A stretch of 64,000 bases of DNA, from the NCBI GenBank assembly GCA_963703345.1, contig OY969814.1:928001-992000 (forward strand), read 5' to 3'. Of this stretch, positions 40,100 through 50,957 are shown piece by piece. The notes beneath the pieces are model-generated. The model was not told the DNA's origin, made no database searches, and was given only the letters and a program-made list of their open reading frames with translations. Position numbers and translations under genes: made by a program. This DNA is from an uncultured Chloroflexia bacterium. GTDB lineage: Bacteria; Chloroflexota; Dehalococcoidia; DSTF01; JALHUB01. Position 1 is the first letter of the stretch. Each line of letters opens with the position of its first letter.

Positions 40100-42001
40100 A
40101 TGAGAGTCCCGCTGGCGTTCGCCTCACGCTGGCAGCGAGATGGTCTCCGGCTGCTCCCTCTGTCGGTGCTGGCGCTGATATCGCTCGCGCTGACGAGTTG
40201 CGGTGGCGGCCAGGGGACCACCCGCGCCTCGGGCCAGCCGACGGCTTCGGTCTCGTCGAATCTCGGCAAAGTGGCCTACGAACTCGACGGCTCGATCTAC
40301 GTGAAGTCGCTCCCCGACGATGAGGCGACTCGCATTACTGAGGGAACCGCGCCTCATTGGTCTCCGTCCGGCGAATGGCTGCTGTTCTCGCGCGATGGAG
40401 ACTCCTGGGTCGTGCGCGCCGATGGCTCGGACGAGGGGCTCCTTTCCGGGAACGAAGCCGTATGGTCACCGACAGAGGACCGCGTCGCTGAATACCAGGG
40501 GCCTATCGGCCGGAACCCCTCGACCTCACTCCTCGTCGAGTCGGCTGACGGGTCGATCAGACAGGAAGCGTGGCTCCTCGCGACGCCCTCGTCCGGCCCG
40601 ATATGGAGCCCGGACGGGAAGCGTCTCGCCTACAGCCAGGAGGGCGCCGTGCCTTGCAGCATGGCCCCCAACGGCGGAAACGGCAATCCTGTGCGACGGT
40701 CCAGCCTTTGTGTTGTGAACGCAGACAATACGCAGATGCCGCGGATATGGCCGATCGACCTCTACGACAGCACGACCGACGCCTCGCTTGTCGCCGGTTG
40801 GACCGCCGACGGCAGGTACGTCCTCTTCTGGGACGACATCCAGTTCTCGGCGTCGCTCATGGCCGATGGCACAACGCTGGAAGCAATCTCCGCCGGGGGT
40901 GGCGAACCGCGCTCGCTCTATCGGGGCCTGACGCGGCCGGGCATGGTGTCGCCGGCGGCGAGCGGCGCGATACTGGCGGTCGTGGAGGGCGGGGGGCGCG
41001 AGACCTGGACGGAGAAGCGCATCGCCCTGGTCAACGTCGACAGCGGCTCCGTGACCGAGCTTACTTCCACGGACATGGCGTCGCTGGAGCCGAGCTGGTC
41101 GCCGGACGGCCGGAGTATCGCCTTCGTTTCGCAGCCGGACAACAGGGAGGGGCTGGCGTCCGGTAAGATTCCCGAGCTTTCGCGGGACAGGCGGATATGG
41201 GTGATGAACAGCGGCGGCACTGCGCAGCGCCCGCTTACCGGCAACCCCGCCTATCGCGACGAGCGGCCGCTATGGTCGGCGGACGGCGCGCAGATACTGT
41301 TCGCGCGACTGGATGAAGACATGCGCGCGTCGCTGTGGCTCATGCCGTCGGACGGCGGCGAGCCGCGACAGATCGTCGATGCGTTTGGGCCCACGGCTGA
41401 CCTGGACTACTACGGCGCAATCGACTGGGGCAGCCTGTTCGACTGGTGGCGGCCGCCGACATCGGAGCAGGCGACGCCCGATCAGACTACGGATGTGACC
41501 GAGGTGCCAACCAGCGCTTCTCTCCGTCGCACCGGAATCGAAGGCGTGGATGCGGTGGTCGATGCCGTCCTTTCCGGCGATCCCGAAGCCCTTCGCTCTT
41601 TCGTCAGGTTCACTTCCATCGCCTGCACGACCAACCCCTTAGGGCTTGGCGGGCCGCCACTCTGCAGGCCGGGCGAGGCCGACGGTACGCTCGTTGATAC
41701 CTTTCCCATCGGTACCGTTGAAGGCTATTATCTGCCCGCGGACGAGATCGACGACTTCTTGCGTTCCCTCACCAGCTACGAGATTTCGCTTTATGCCGTG
41801 TATCTCGCGCCAGCGGACTCGTGGCTGCCGGGTGACTACGTGGCCCTGTGCTCAAGAGATATCCGGGGGACGGGTGTGATCGGTGAAGAACTGCTGATCA
41901 GCGATGGGCGGTTGGTCGGCGCAAAAGCTATTTACCAGGTGCCGCCGGAGCAGGTCGCGCAATACGAGCGCTTCGGCAAGGTGATACTCCCGCCGCCGTG
42001 A
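40100..42001 (+). CDS. TolB-like (PD40-repeat) lipoprotein
   Basis: GGAGG RBS, LTSC lipobox, repeated WSPDGxxIAF motifs. Confidence 0.85.
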   Translation: MRVPLAFASRWQRDGLRLLPLSVLALISLALTSCGGGQGTTRASGQPTASVSSNLGKVAYELDGSIYVKSLPDDEATRITEGTAPHWSPSGEWLLFSRDGDSWVVRADGSDEGLLSGNEAVWSPTEDRVAEYQGPIGRNPSTSLLVESADGSIRQEAWLLATPSSGPIWSPDGKRLAYSQEGAVPCSMAPNGGNGNPVRRSSLCVVNADNTQMPRIWPIDLYDSTTDASLVAGWTADGRYVLFWDDIQFSASLMADGTTLEAISAGGGEPRSLYRGLTRPGMVSPAASGAILAVVEGGGRETWTEKRIALVNVDSGSVTELTSTDMASLEPSWSPDGRSIAFVSQPDNREGLASGKIPELSRDRRIWVMNSGGTAQRPLTGNPAYRDERPLWSADGAQILFARLDEDMRASLWLMPSDGGEPRQIVDAFGPTADLDYYGAIDWGSLFDWWRPPTSEQATPDQTTDVTEVPTSASLRRTGIEGVDAVVDAVLSGDPEALRSFVRFTSIACTTNPLGLGGPPLCRPGEADGTLVDTFPIGTVEGYYLPADEIDDFLRSLTSYEISLYAVYLAPADSWLPGDYVALCSRDIRGTGVIGEELLISDGRLVGAKAIYQVPPEQVAQYERFGKVILPPP

Positions 42002-42137
42002 GACTGGCGGCAGTCACGGGAGGTGCATGATGCGTCCCATAGCTCTCATCTTCGCGGTTGTCATGCAACCGGAGCGAGAGGGAATCGTCGTCGCCGTCTG
42101 CGGATCCGACGGCCAGTCCGGCTCCTTTGCTGTGCTC

Positions 42138-45100
42138 CTACCGCACCTGCACGCGATCGGGCGCAGTCAAGTTTAAGCTGTCGGACGAGCGCATCGACTG
42201 GATGATCGCCGGTTCCGCTGTATAGTCGCCTTTGCCGACGACGCGCGCGTAGTACACGATCGGCGTTTGCGGCGACGATTTCCAGACACAGAAGTTCACT
42301 CGCTGCCCGTCGACCTGGTAGGCGCCGGCGAACCCACCCCAGGCCGCGTAACGCGTAATTGGCTTCAGCCCGGAAGGCAGTAGGTCCGACACCTGATAGC
42401 AGCCGTCCAGTGCCTGCGCGCTCAGGCTCCAGTCGATGACAACCCGCACCAGGCTGTCGTCGTGGTAGACGTTCCCGGGCTCCACCGATAGCTCGAAACG
42501 CCGACTAACGGAGATGTCGCTATCGACCTGCACGGCATCGGGCTGGAAGGTCGCCAGGTAGAACGAGGCGATACCGACTTCGCCCTGGAGCGGCTCCGGG
42601 CGAAGGTCGCGGAGTTGCTCAGGCGTCAGGCTCATGCTCAGAGAGGCGCCGCGTTCCAGGCTGTCCTCGTGACGCTTGCCGTCGAGCCAGTACGCGAAGC
42701 GGACGGGCTGGCCGGAAAGACGCGGAAGCGCGTTTTCCAGATAGCTGACCTGCTCAAGCTCAACGAGGATATCCTTCGTGTAGTTGCTTCGAGTGTAGTC
42801 GAAGAGCCGCGACGCGCTGTCGTCGCCGAGGCCGCCGCCGAGAATGGCCGCCAGCGAGGTCGCTTCGAGAATGTCGTCCTGATCGGTCCCGACGCGAAGA
42901 CGCAGATAGGGGAGCTTCCGCTCGCCGAAGTCCGCGAGCAGCCCGCGGTAGATGCGGCGCGCTCCGTCCTCGTCGCCGGCAGCCAGCGACGCCAGGCCGA
43001 GATAGAGGCGCTCTCGCCAGGTGAGATCGGGCTGCGCGGCCAGGGCGCCGAGTTCCGGTAGCACCGGCTCGCCGAGCGCGGCCAGGCCGTAGAGCGCGAT
43101 AATCGTCCTCTCGCGCGACTCGTTCTTGTCGTCCACAACGCTGGTGAAATAGGAGACCAGCGAGTTGCGAGCAAAGCTGTCCGGCGCCAGCGCGGCCAGG
43201 CGGGCGCTCAACGTCAGGTCCGCGTCGGCGTAGGGAAAGAGGGCGATTCCGCCCTTCGGCGTCTGGTAGGAAGCCGTGTCGAAGACTGCGGGAGCGGCCT
43301 GGTCCTCGCCAAAGTATTGCTTCAACAGGTCCTGGCTGAGGTTGCGCGCCAGCATCTGGTCCACGCGGTCGCCGTAAGTCCAGCTCAACTGGAGGAGCAG
43401 CGGATAGTAGCGGCCGCGGTTGTTATCGGTGAAGACGACGTTCGTCCGGCCGTCGGCGCTGCCGGCGATGGCAAGATCGGGCGTCAGCTCGTAGAACTGC
43501 GACTCGGCGCGCAGCAGCCGCGATTGGACGACGCGGAACTTGCGCGTCAGGCTGTCGGAAAGATCGCCGGCGGTCACCTTAACCGTCAGCTCGTGCTCGC
43601 CTTCGACCAAGTCGGGCAACGCCACGTCAACCGGCTGGAAAGCGGGCCCACTCGCCTGGATCGGCTCATCGATGCCAAGGGACGGGCAGGTCACCTCGAA
43701 CGAGACGTCGGTCCCCTCCGACAGGCCTTCTCCGAAAGCGCGCAGCCGGATCTGCGGCTTGTCGCTGGTCAGATACTCGTCGTTCATCGACAGGTCGACG
43801 AAGAAGGGCAAGCCGACGGGCAAGAGACTGGTCGTACCCCCAGCCTTCAGATCGCTCGTCACCCCCTGCGCGATGACGCGCCAGGAGGTGAGGTTGTCCG
43901 GTAGCTTGAAAGAGACGCTCGCCTGCCCTTGATCGTCCGTCATCACTGTCTTGAAGAGGGCAACGTCCTCGAAATCGCTGCGCGGCGAGCCGCCGCCGCC
44001 CTTCCCACCACCCGAAATCCCGCCCGGGTACTGGTGCGACGCGTAGCTAACGATGAGACCATGACCAACGGCAGAATAGAGGTCGGCGAGGATGTCGCGC
44101 TTGTTGGCCGACTCATAGGGCGGCAGGATCCGAAAGATCGCTTCGTCCACGGCGCTCAGGTTGACCTCAGCGCGCGCAGGCTGGCCATCGCTGTCGTGCA
44201 CCGAGACGTTGAGCGTGGCTTCGTCGCCGGGCTGGTAGCGCTCCTGAGCCGGCGTGACTTCTACCTGAAGTCGCTTCGACGCCGTGTTCGCTCTTAGATT
44301 GCATCCGTAGTCCACGGACTCGTACGTCTCGCCTGTGAACCAGACGCCGAAGACCGTAACGTTGGGCACGTAGCGATCGGGGAACGCGAAGGTCAGCTCG
44401 GAGCTCTCCTGCACCTCGTAGTCGCGGATACCGTTCTGAGCCTGCAGGTAGAGATAGCGGTTGGCGCCGCCGCTTGGCGCGGCTTCCGCACCGTGCTTCA
44501 TGACCATGTCAACCTGCTGTCCGATGTCGAAGCCGGCCTGGCCGGAGTACGGGAAGTAGTCCTCGGGGCAAGAGTCACCGCCGACGGTGACGAGGCGAGG
44601 ACGCGCGTTCGCCTGAGCATAGATCGTGCCAATGTCGGTATTGACCCACACGTCAACTTCAGCCGTGCGGCCCTGGTCGTCTTCCGAAGTCAGGACGAGA
44701 CGGTATCTCTTGGAAGGATCAGCGGGAAAACGGTAAGAAAAGGCGCCGCTGGCGAGAGTTGTGACGGTGGACTGCCCGAGGGATACCTCGTTGACATCGT
44801 ACTGGTAGAGAGGGACGACCATCTTCTCTATGAAGTCGTACGTCTCGCCGGTTTTTACTGCGGTGTAGAATTCGTCAAACACCTCGATGTTGACGCTGCG
44901 CCCCGGCGCCGGCGGCCCCAGATTGGCGTTTCGGTAGTCATAGATCGGCCGGTCCAGGTCCAGGTGGTCGAGGTCGACATTCCTGACGACGCCGCTGACC
45001 ACGGCTGCGCCATCTCCGTTGCTCGTCTTCGGCTCGATTGTCAGCGCTGAGCGGAAGACCTCCACCCAGGCGCTGCCGGTTATCTCTCCCTCCTCCGCTG

Positions 45101-47234
45101 CCTTCGGCCGCACGTTGAGCGTCTGCTGTCCCTGAATGTCCATTGGGGCGAACGCAGGGAGGGCGACGATTGCATGACCGCGGTCGTCGGTCTTTGTCTC
45201 GCCGCTAATGTTTGAGTTTCCGCCGTCTGAGGTGTAGGCGAGTTCGGCGTTGGGTACGGGGCTGCCGTCGAAGAAGGCGACGTCGATGTTGAAGTCGACC
45301 CGATCCCCGGCGAAAACCGCCTTTTTCGAGGGCGTGACATCGATCTTGTAGGCGGGCTTGGTGTAGTTGCGGATTTCGAAGTATTGTGTCGTGATCACCT
45401 TGTCGCCGACCTTCAGATTGAGCTGATAGTAGCCGGGCGCCGCGTCGGCGAAGGCGAGATCGCCCGTGAAGCCGCCCATGTCGTCCCTGGTCACGTCGGC
45501 GCTCGCCAGCGGGACGCTGCGATCGTTGAAGCCGTAGTAATCGCTGTAGTCGCCTCTGCCGCCGCTAAGCTCCACGGTTGCCTGCTGCCCGCCTGTCCCT
45601 CCGCCTTCGCGGCTCTTCAGTACTCCCCAGAAGTGGATCGTGTCCGACGGCTGGTACAGGGGTCGGTCCATGGAGAGGTAGTTCCAGTAGAGGTCGTTCT
45701 CCGAAGTGTAAGGGTAGAAGTAGAAGCTGCCGGACCGGCCGGGGTCGGCGGTCTCGCCCAGCGGCACGAGCATCTGGCGACCCAGGGTGTCGGTCACGAG
45801 GAGGTCCTGGCTGGCTCGAACGCCCCCCTCCCCGTACCAGCCGGCCTCGTTTTCGATAAGCGAGGCGGGCGTGTCGAAGAACGCGACACCCTTGTCATCC
45901 GTGGTAGCCAGGGGCGTGCCGTCGACCAGCGCGACTTTCGCTCCGGCGATCGGCCCGTGGGCGGCGACGTCGTTTACCCACACGAGCGTCGTCTTCCCGC
46001 TGACGGTAGCGTGCACGGCGACGTCTGTTACCTGAAGCCACCCCTGGAACCTGCCCTCTTCGCCGTTCGCCTCCACGAGGTAGAATCCGGGCGAAAGGGG
46101 CACCGGCACGCGGACGAAGAAATCGCCGCCGTAGGCGGAGAGGGTTTCGGGCTGGGCATCGAACGTGAGCGCCGTAGACAAACCGGCTGTGTCGGCAAGA
46201 TAGGCGGGTTTCGCGTGGTAGGCCCAGGCCGGGATCTTCTCGTACTCCGCCAGCGCCGCGGCGAAGGCGTCCAGGCCCGGGTACTGATAGACGGTGAACG
46301 ACATCCTGGGCGGGTTGGACGTCGAGGAGCCGTAGTACGACGGCGCCAGTTCCAGGGCGGGTGCGCCCGACGAAGAGGATTCCGTGGTCCGGGACTTGAA
46401 AACCAGGCCCGCCATGCCCGGGGTTTGGCCCGTGCGTCCGGTCTCTCCCGTCTCGAATTGGAAGGAGAAGTCATCATTCATGGTCAGAGCCGAATTGGCG
46501 ATGCCGAGCCCTTTGCGCACGGTCACGGTGTAGAGCGTGTCCGCCTGCAGGCTTTCCGGAACGAAGATCACGACCCGCTTGTGCACCTCAACTCTGCCGG
46601 CAGTCGGCGGAGTTATCTCAAGGAACGGCGTAACGTCGTTCACGCCGTCGTAGGTGAACGTGAGCTCGATGCCCGTGTTCAGCGGCACATCGGTCGCCGA
46701 CTGGGCGGGAAGCGTCTGGACGATGCGGAGGGGCGTCTTCGTCTGGAAGGCCCATGAGCGACTCATCGAGCCCTGGCCGGCCTGCGGCAACGTGAGCTTG
46801 AAATGGTAGAGCGTCTCCTCCTTCAAAGGCTGCTGGGGAACGAGGTGGAACTCGCGGTCGCCGCTCTTCTTGACGTCGAACGTCACCGGTGGCTCTACGG
46901 TCATGCCCTGCCGCAGCGCCGACTCATCGACATCGATGGACGCCTTGAGCACGAAATCGCTATTAATGGCCACGCCGGAGGCATCGCTGGCAGAGGCGGT
47001 CAGGGAGACAGGCATTTCGGCCGACGGTGTAGCGATGAATTTCGTCCACTCCGATTCCGGTGTCTCCGTCGCCGAAGGCCAGGCAGCGGCCTCCTGGTGC
47101 TGACCCCCCGGTCGCAGGCCGCACACGAGAAGGAGCGCGACGAGCGGGACTAGGAGGCAGAGCAGCGCGCCGAGAGCAAGGGTACGCCTTCGGAACGAGA
47201 GAGCATGGCGGTTTAGGTGGAGACGTCTTGTCAT
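42138..47234 (-). CDS. Bacterial alpha-2-macroglobulin-like protein with Big_5 Ig domains
   Basis: DRPLYQPSDTIHF, YTKPAY, LSAVDEAIF, FKLPDNLTSWR, DLLPSGL; AGGAGG RBS. Confidence 0.88.
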   Translation of the reverse strand: MTRRLHLNRHALSFRRRTLALGALLCLLVPLVALLLVCGLRPGGQHQEAAAWPSATETPESEWTKFIATPSAEMPVSLTASASDASGVAINSDFVLKASIDVDESALRQGMTVEPPVTFDVKKSGDREFHLVPQQPLKEETLYHFKLTLPQAGQGSMSRSWAFQTKTPLRIVQTLPAQSATDVPLNTGIELTFTYDGVNDVTPFLEITPPTAGRVEVHKRVVIFVPESLQADTLYTVTVRKGLGIANSALTMNDDFSFQFETGETGRTGQTPGMAGLVFKSRTTESSSSGAPALELAPSYYGSSTSNPPRMSFTVYQYPGLDAFAAALAEYEKIPAWAYHAKPAYLADTAGLSTALTFDAQPETLSAYGGDFFVRVPVPLSPGFYLVEANGEEGRFQGWLQVTDVAVHATVSGKTTLVWVNDVAAHGPIAGAKVALVDGTPLATTDDKGVAFFDTPASLIENEAGWYGEGGVRASQDLLVTDTLGRQMLVPLGETADPGRSGSFYFYPYTSENDLYWNYLSMDRPLYQPSDTIHFWGVLKSREGGGTGGQQATVELSGGRGDYSDYYGFNDRSVPLASADVTRDDMGGFTGDLAFADAAPGYYQLNLKVGDKVITTQYFEIRNYTKPAYKIDVTPSKKAVFAGDRVDFNIDVAFFDGSPVPNAELAYTSDGGNSNISGETKTDDRGHAIVALPAFAPMDIQGQQTLNVRPKAAEEGEITGSAWVEVFRSALTIEPKTSNGDGAAVVSGVVRNVDLDHLDLDRPIYDYRNANLGPPAPGRSVNIEVFDEFYTAVKTGETYDFIEKMVVPLYQYDVNEVSLGQSTVTTLASGAFSYRFPADPSKRYRLVLTSEDDQGRTAEVDVWVNTDIGTIYAQANARPRLVTVGGDSCPEDYFPYSGQAGFDIGQQVDMVMKHGAEAAPSGGANRYLYLQAQNGIRDYEVQESSELTFAFPDRYVPNVTVFGVWFTGETYESVDYGCNLRANTASKRLQVEVTPAQERYQPGDEATLNVSVHDSDGQPARAEVNLSAVDEAIFRILPPYESANKRDILADLYSAVGHGLIVSYASHQYPGGISGGGKGGGGSPRSDFEDVALFKTVMTDDQGQASVSFKLPDNLTSWRVIAQGVTSDLKAGGTTSLLPVGLPFFVDLSMNDEYLTSDKPQIRLRAFGEGLSEGTDVSFEVTCPSLGIDEPIQASGPAFQPVDVALPDLVEGEHELTVKVTAGDLSDSLTRKFRVVQSRLLRAESQFYELTPDLAIAGSADGRTNVVFTDNNRGRYYPLLLQLSWTYGDRVDQMLARNLSQDLLKQYFGEDQAAPAVFDTASYQTPKGGIALFPYADADLTLSARLAALAPDSFARNSLVSYFTSVVDDKNESRERTIIALYGLAALGEPVLPELGALAAQPDLTWRERLYLGLASLAAGDEDGARRIYRGLLADFGERKLPYLRLRVGTDQDDILEATSLAAILGGGLGDDSASRLFDYTRSNYTKDILVELEQVSYLENALPRLSGQPVRFAYWLDGKRHEDSLERGASLSMSLTPEQLRDLRPEPLQGEVGIASFYLATFQPDAVQVDSDISVSRRFELSVEPGNVYHDDSLVRVVIDWSLSAQALDGCYQVSDLLPSGLKPITRYAAWGGFAGAYQVDGQRVNFCVWKSSPQTPIVYYARVVGKGDYTAEPAIIQSMRSSDSLNLTAPDRVQVR

Positions 47235-47329
47235 TGCCGGTCCTCCTGCTTGGTCTCTTGACGCCATCATTCTGGCAGGAGTCAAGCGTCGTTGCTTGAC
47301 GGCTGGCAAACGATTTGCTTGCGCTTTCC

Positions 47330-48121
47330 TTACGCTGTCTCTCGGACAGCCTGTCGAGCCCCCTCCCGAAGATTCGCCAGCGTCTGCTCCAAGAGCGCGG
47401 TAATCGTGGCATAGTCGTTCGTGGCCGGAACACGGATTGGACTGCCTATCCTGACCGTCACGGGGCCGGACTTCGGCCGGCTCGCGCCCTTGGGCAGGAC
47501 GTCGTGGAGACCATCGAGCCAGATAGGAACGACGGGGAGGCGCAGTTCCGACGCCAGCAGGCCGATTCCCGCCCGGAACGGCTGAAGATTGTCACGGCTG
47601 TCCGTCGTGCTGTTGTTGCCGAGCTGGCCGTACTGGTTCTGGCCCCAGCACCAGACGCCGCCGTCCTTCAGCGCGCAGGTGTGCCCGCTGCCCGCGCTGA
47701 TCGCGCTGACGCCGCCCTGAAGCCCCAAGACCGGCACCGGCACTGCCGACTCCCTTGGGGCAAAGCGGTCGTACGTGCTGCTGTTGCCGAGTTCGCCGAA
47801 CCCGTTGGAGCCCCAGCACCAGGCGCCGCCGTCCTTCATTGCGCAGGTGTGGAGCCCGCCGACGCTGATCGCGCTGACGCCGCTCTCAAGGCCCGGCACC
47901 GGCACGAGGCTGGACACTTGCACAGGCTCCTTGGGCCCGCCGCCGCCGCCGCTGCCCCAGCACCAGACGCCGCCGTCTTTCAGCGCGCAGGTGCGGTTGA
48001 GGCCCGCGCTGATCGCATTCGCCCCGGCGGGGCCGGCCTGGGCGCGTGGCCGTCTGAGCCCCAGGAACGGCGAGACTGCGACCATCGCCACCAGACCGAT
48101 GAGGAAGACAAATCGCTTCAT
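47330..48121 (-). pseudogene. Chimera: truncated RCC1-repeat protein joined to the C-terminal half of a PlsC-type acyltransferase
   Basis: Three AISAGxxHTCA.KDGGxWCWG repeats, then an abrupt switch to [12 protein letters not shown]...PVVPIWLDG...LPKG near 47595. Confidence 0.6.
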
Positions 48122-48283
48122 GTCTTGGACTCCTTGCCGCGCGCCAGCAACTACGGTGGGGAGTATGACTGCTGAGCCCTGCCCTGTCGGGCTAAGTTGA
48201 CCTGCCCCCATGAACGCTACCACAGTCTATGTTAGTCCGACCATGGCCCGCAGGCGTAGTGAAGTGGAGCCTGATGGTGTGGG

Positions 48284-48464
48284 TGTGGGGTGCCAAAACT
48301 CCATCCGTATCTGGGAGAGCGGCGAGTGGCAAACCGGGACCGCCGAAGCCGGCAGAGGAGCACAAACCCTCTGCCTGGAAAGCAGACGGTCAACGTGTTA
48401 GCAGCGCGAAAGGGTCGGACGTTCTCGCGGGCCTTCCTCCATGTATGGGTCTTGGGGCCCCACA
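48284..48464. mobile_element. Short element bounded by imperfect TGTGGGG...CCCCACA inverted repeats (MITE or IS-end remnant)
   Basis: TGTGGGGTGCCAAAACTCCAT versus the reverse complement of the right end, TGTGGGGCCCCAAGACCCAT. Confidence 0.5.
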
Positions 48465-48773
48465 GCCCATCAGTGAATCCGTAATGAGCGTGCCTCTTCG
48501 ACGTTCTCAATTCTGACGCAGCATTTGTGAGAGCAGTACCTGAATACTAGTCGGCGAGCACCCTCCGCCCGTCCCTTGGCGCTGAAGCGGCGGGAACAAC
48601 TTTTGTTGGGGCCGAGGGGCCGGAAAAGGGGAGGCGGGGCCCTGCACCGCGTCTCTTGGCCCCTTGTTGAAACAAGAACCGGTGTGGCGAGACAAAACTC
48701 CATCCGCGCCTACAGAAGGAGGCGGGTGACTTCTTGCCACCCCGCAGGCTAAGGGAGTGCTCCCCAGCGGAGA

Positions 48774-48989
48774 TCAGTCCACCCGGCGGACGTGGATGGC
48801 CCGGCTCCGCTGCGGCTGCCGGGGGTCCGGCTCCGTTTCGAACTCCACCTGCTGGCCCTCGTTCAGTTCATCGAAAGTCGGATTCTCCACCGAACTGCTG
48901 TGGAAAAAGACTTCCTCCGCCGCACCGTCCGGCTGAATGAAGCCAAACCCACGATCGCGGACCAATCGCTTGATAGTGCCTACTGCCAT
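48774..48989 (-). CDS. Cold-shock domain protein
   Basis: GTIK...RGFGFI...VFFHSS...LNEGQQVEF; AAGGAGGT RBS. Confidence 0.93.
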   Translation of the reverse strand: MAVGTIKRLVRDRGFGFIQPDGAAEEVFFHSSSVENPTFDELNEGQQVEFETEPDPRQPQRSRAIHVRRVD

Positions 48990-49087
48990 ATGGACCTCCT
49001 TAACGGGCCTGCCGGATTGTCTCAGGAAAGGAACACACGCGGGACACGCTTTCCCCGTCTAGATGGGACGGCGACCATTGCCCAGCT

Positions 49088-49969
49088 TCACGCGTTCCCA
49101 GCAAGATCCCTGAAGCGCCGGATGGCGTCGATGTGATCCTGCGGCGTCGCCAGCCGCGCCCCCATGGTATCGAAAGAAATGTGCGTCGCTCCTAGCTCGT
49201 TCCATCCCTCGAGCATCGATCCCCGCTGGTCTTCATCAGTGCCAGCTAGCCTGCTCCGGCCCTCAATGCCGAAGTCTGCCGGGTTGCGGCCGGCGTTTCG
49301 AAGGTAGCCCCGTAGCCTCTCGATAGTCGCGGCGCCATCGGGGCCCGGCGGGAATTGAGGGAACCAGCCATCGGCGATGCGCGCAGCGCGCTTGATGGCC
49401 GGCTCCGCCATCGCACCCATCCAGATCGGGATTGGACGTTGAACCGGCAACGGGTTGATCCCCGCGCTGTGTACCGTATGGTGCACACCGTCAAAATCAA
49501 CGAGTTCCTTTGTCCAGAACTGCCGCAACAGCGCCACTTGCTCCTCGCATCGCCGACCCCGATTGTGGAAGTCCTCTCCCAGCGCCTCAAACTCCACGGG
49601 GTTCCAGCCGATGCCCACCCCGAGACGCAGCCGTCCCCTGGTCAGCACATCCACCTCCGCCGCCTGCTTCGCCACTAATGCAGTCTGACGCTGCGGCAGC
49701 ACGAGGATTCCCGTCACCAGTTCCAAGTTCGTGGTGAGGCCCGCCAGAAACCCAAACAAGACGAACGGCTCGTGAAAAGGGAGCTTGTGAGTGTAAGGTG
49801 GGCGCAGGCCGAGGCTTTCGACTCGTTCGCGAGAAGCCCCGAGCACGTGCTCATATACCAGCAGGTGGTCATAGCCGAGCTGCTCTACAGCCTGCGCGTA
49901 GTCTCTTATCGCCACTGGGTCGTTGCCGATCTCGACTTGCGGAAAGATGACGCCCAGTTTCACACTCAT
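49088..49969 (-). CDS. LLM-class F420-dependent oxidoreductase
   Basis: GVIFPQ, YEHVLG, FHEPFVLFGFLA, LPQRQTALVAKQAAEVD, GIGWN. Confidence 0.9.
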   Translation of the reverse strand: MSVKLGVIFPQVEIGNDPVAIRDYAQAVEQLGYDHLLVYEHVLGASRERVESLGLRPPYTHKLPFHEPFVLFGFLAGLTTNLELVTGILVLPQRQTALVAKQAAEVDVLTRGRLRLGVGIGWNPVEFEALGEDFHNRGRRCEEQVALLRQFWTKELVDFDGVHHTVHSAGINPLPVQRPIPIWMGAMAEPAIKRAARIADGWFPQFPPGPDGAATIERLRGYLRNAGRNPADFGIEGRSRLAGTDEDQRGSMLEGWNELGATHISFDTMGARLATPQDHIDAIRRFRDLAGNA

Positions 49970-50310
49970 ACCTCTCAATTCCGGTTCGGAGCCGACTTCA
50001 AGGCAGAATCGATGTTACCACCCGCCAGGGATAACCGCACATCATGAGGTCATAGTGATGGCAGGACACGATCTTGAATACGCGGTAGCCGTCGCAGGGG
50101 TTACCCCCCTTGCGGTTCGCGCAGACCCACCGACAATCGCTATAGAGGGAGTCGCAGGTGCCGGGCTTGGCACACCTGCGCGACAACCTGGACCAAGTAA
50201 GCTATAGTCTTCGGGTAAGTAGTAACCCCTGTCTTCGATCTGCAACGCATCCCCAATCTTGTCTTGCACTCGGCGACGAGGAATAGTGGACCCCTAGAGG
50301 AGGTCGTCGA

Positions 50311-50625
50311 GTGTCTTATACAGACAAATCCCTAACTTGCGTCGATTGTGGCGCCCAGTTCACGTTCACAGCGGAAGACCAGCAGTACCATGCCAGCCGC
50401 GGCTTCACCAACGAGCCCAAGCGTTGCTCGTCCTATCAAGCCGCCCGGAAATCGGAGCGGGGCGACAGCCGCGGAGGCTACAGCTTGGCTCCCCGCCGGA
50501 TGTACTCTGCAGTCTGCGCTCAGTGCGGCAAGAACGCTAAGGTTCCATTCGAACCGCGGGGTGACCGGCCCGTCTACTGTAGCGATTGCTTCTCCCAGCG
50601 CTCACCGGTTCGCAGCTGCTACTGA
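50311..50625 (+). CDS. Zinc-ribbon / CxxC-x17-CxxC protein
   Basis: DKSLTCVDCG...EPKRC, then CAQCG...VPFEPRGDRPVYCSDC; the second N-terminal CxxC is degenerate (CSSY). Confidence 0.85.
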   Translation: MSYTDKSLTCVDCGAQFTFTAEDQQYHASRGFTNEPKRCSSYQAARKSERGDSRGGYSLAPRRMYSAVCAQCGKNAKVPFEPRGDRPVYCSDCFSQRSPVRSCY

Positions 50626-50957
50626 GCCAGTCTGCTTGGCCTGCCCGTTGATAGCCTGTGGGATCTCGCGAATCAGGAAGCTTCCGCCGCCATCTTCAAG
50701 GAGATCTTGCCTCGCGACCCCAAAGAGAGTCAGACGGACATCTACGTAGATGACAGGACCTTCGAATTCCTCCTCTCCCACGCATGGCGTCATACAGTCA
50801 ACGCATTCAAAACCCTCGCGGGCCAAAACAATCCGGTTTTCAGTTGATAACTTCCGCTTTTTCGCTCAGGGGTGCTGATTCTGTTGCACAGCGCTCAGGC
50901 TCAGATGCCTATCACGCAGAGGGTCAACGGTGATATCGGCGGTTCGAATGGGACTTC

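Noticed and set aside
50602-50826. 74-aa minus-strand ORF with CxxC
   Set aside because: No RBS or recognisable family and overlaps the zinc-ribbon gene end; possibly a fragment.
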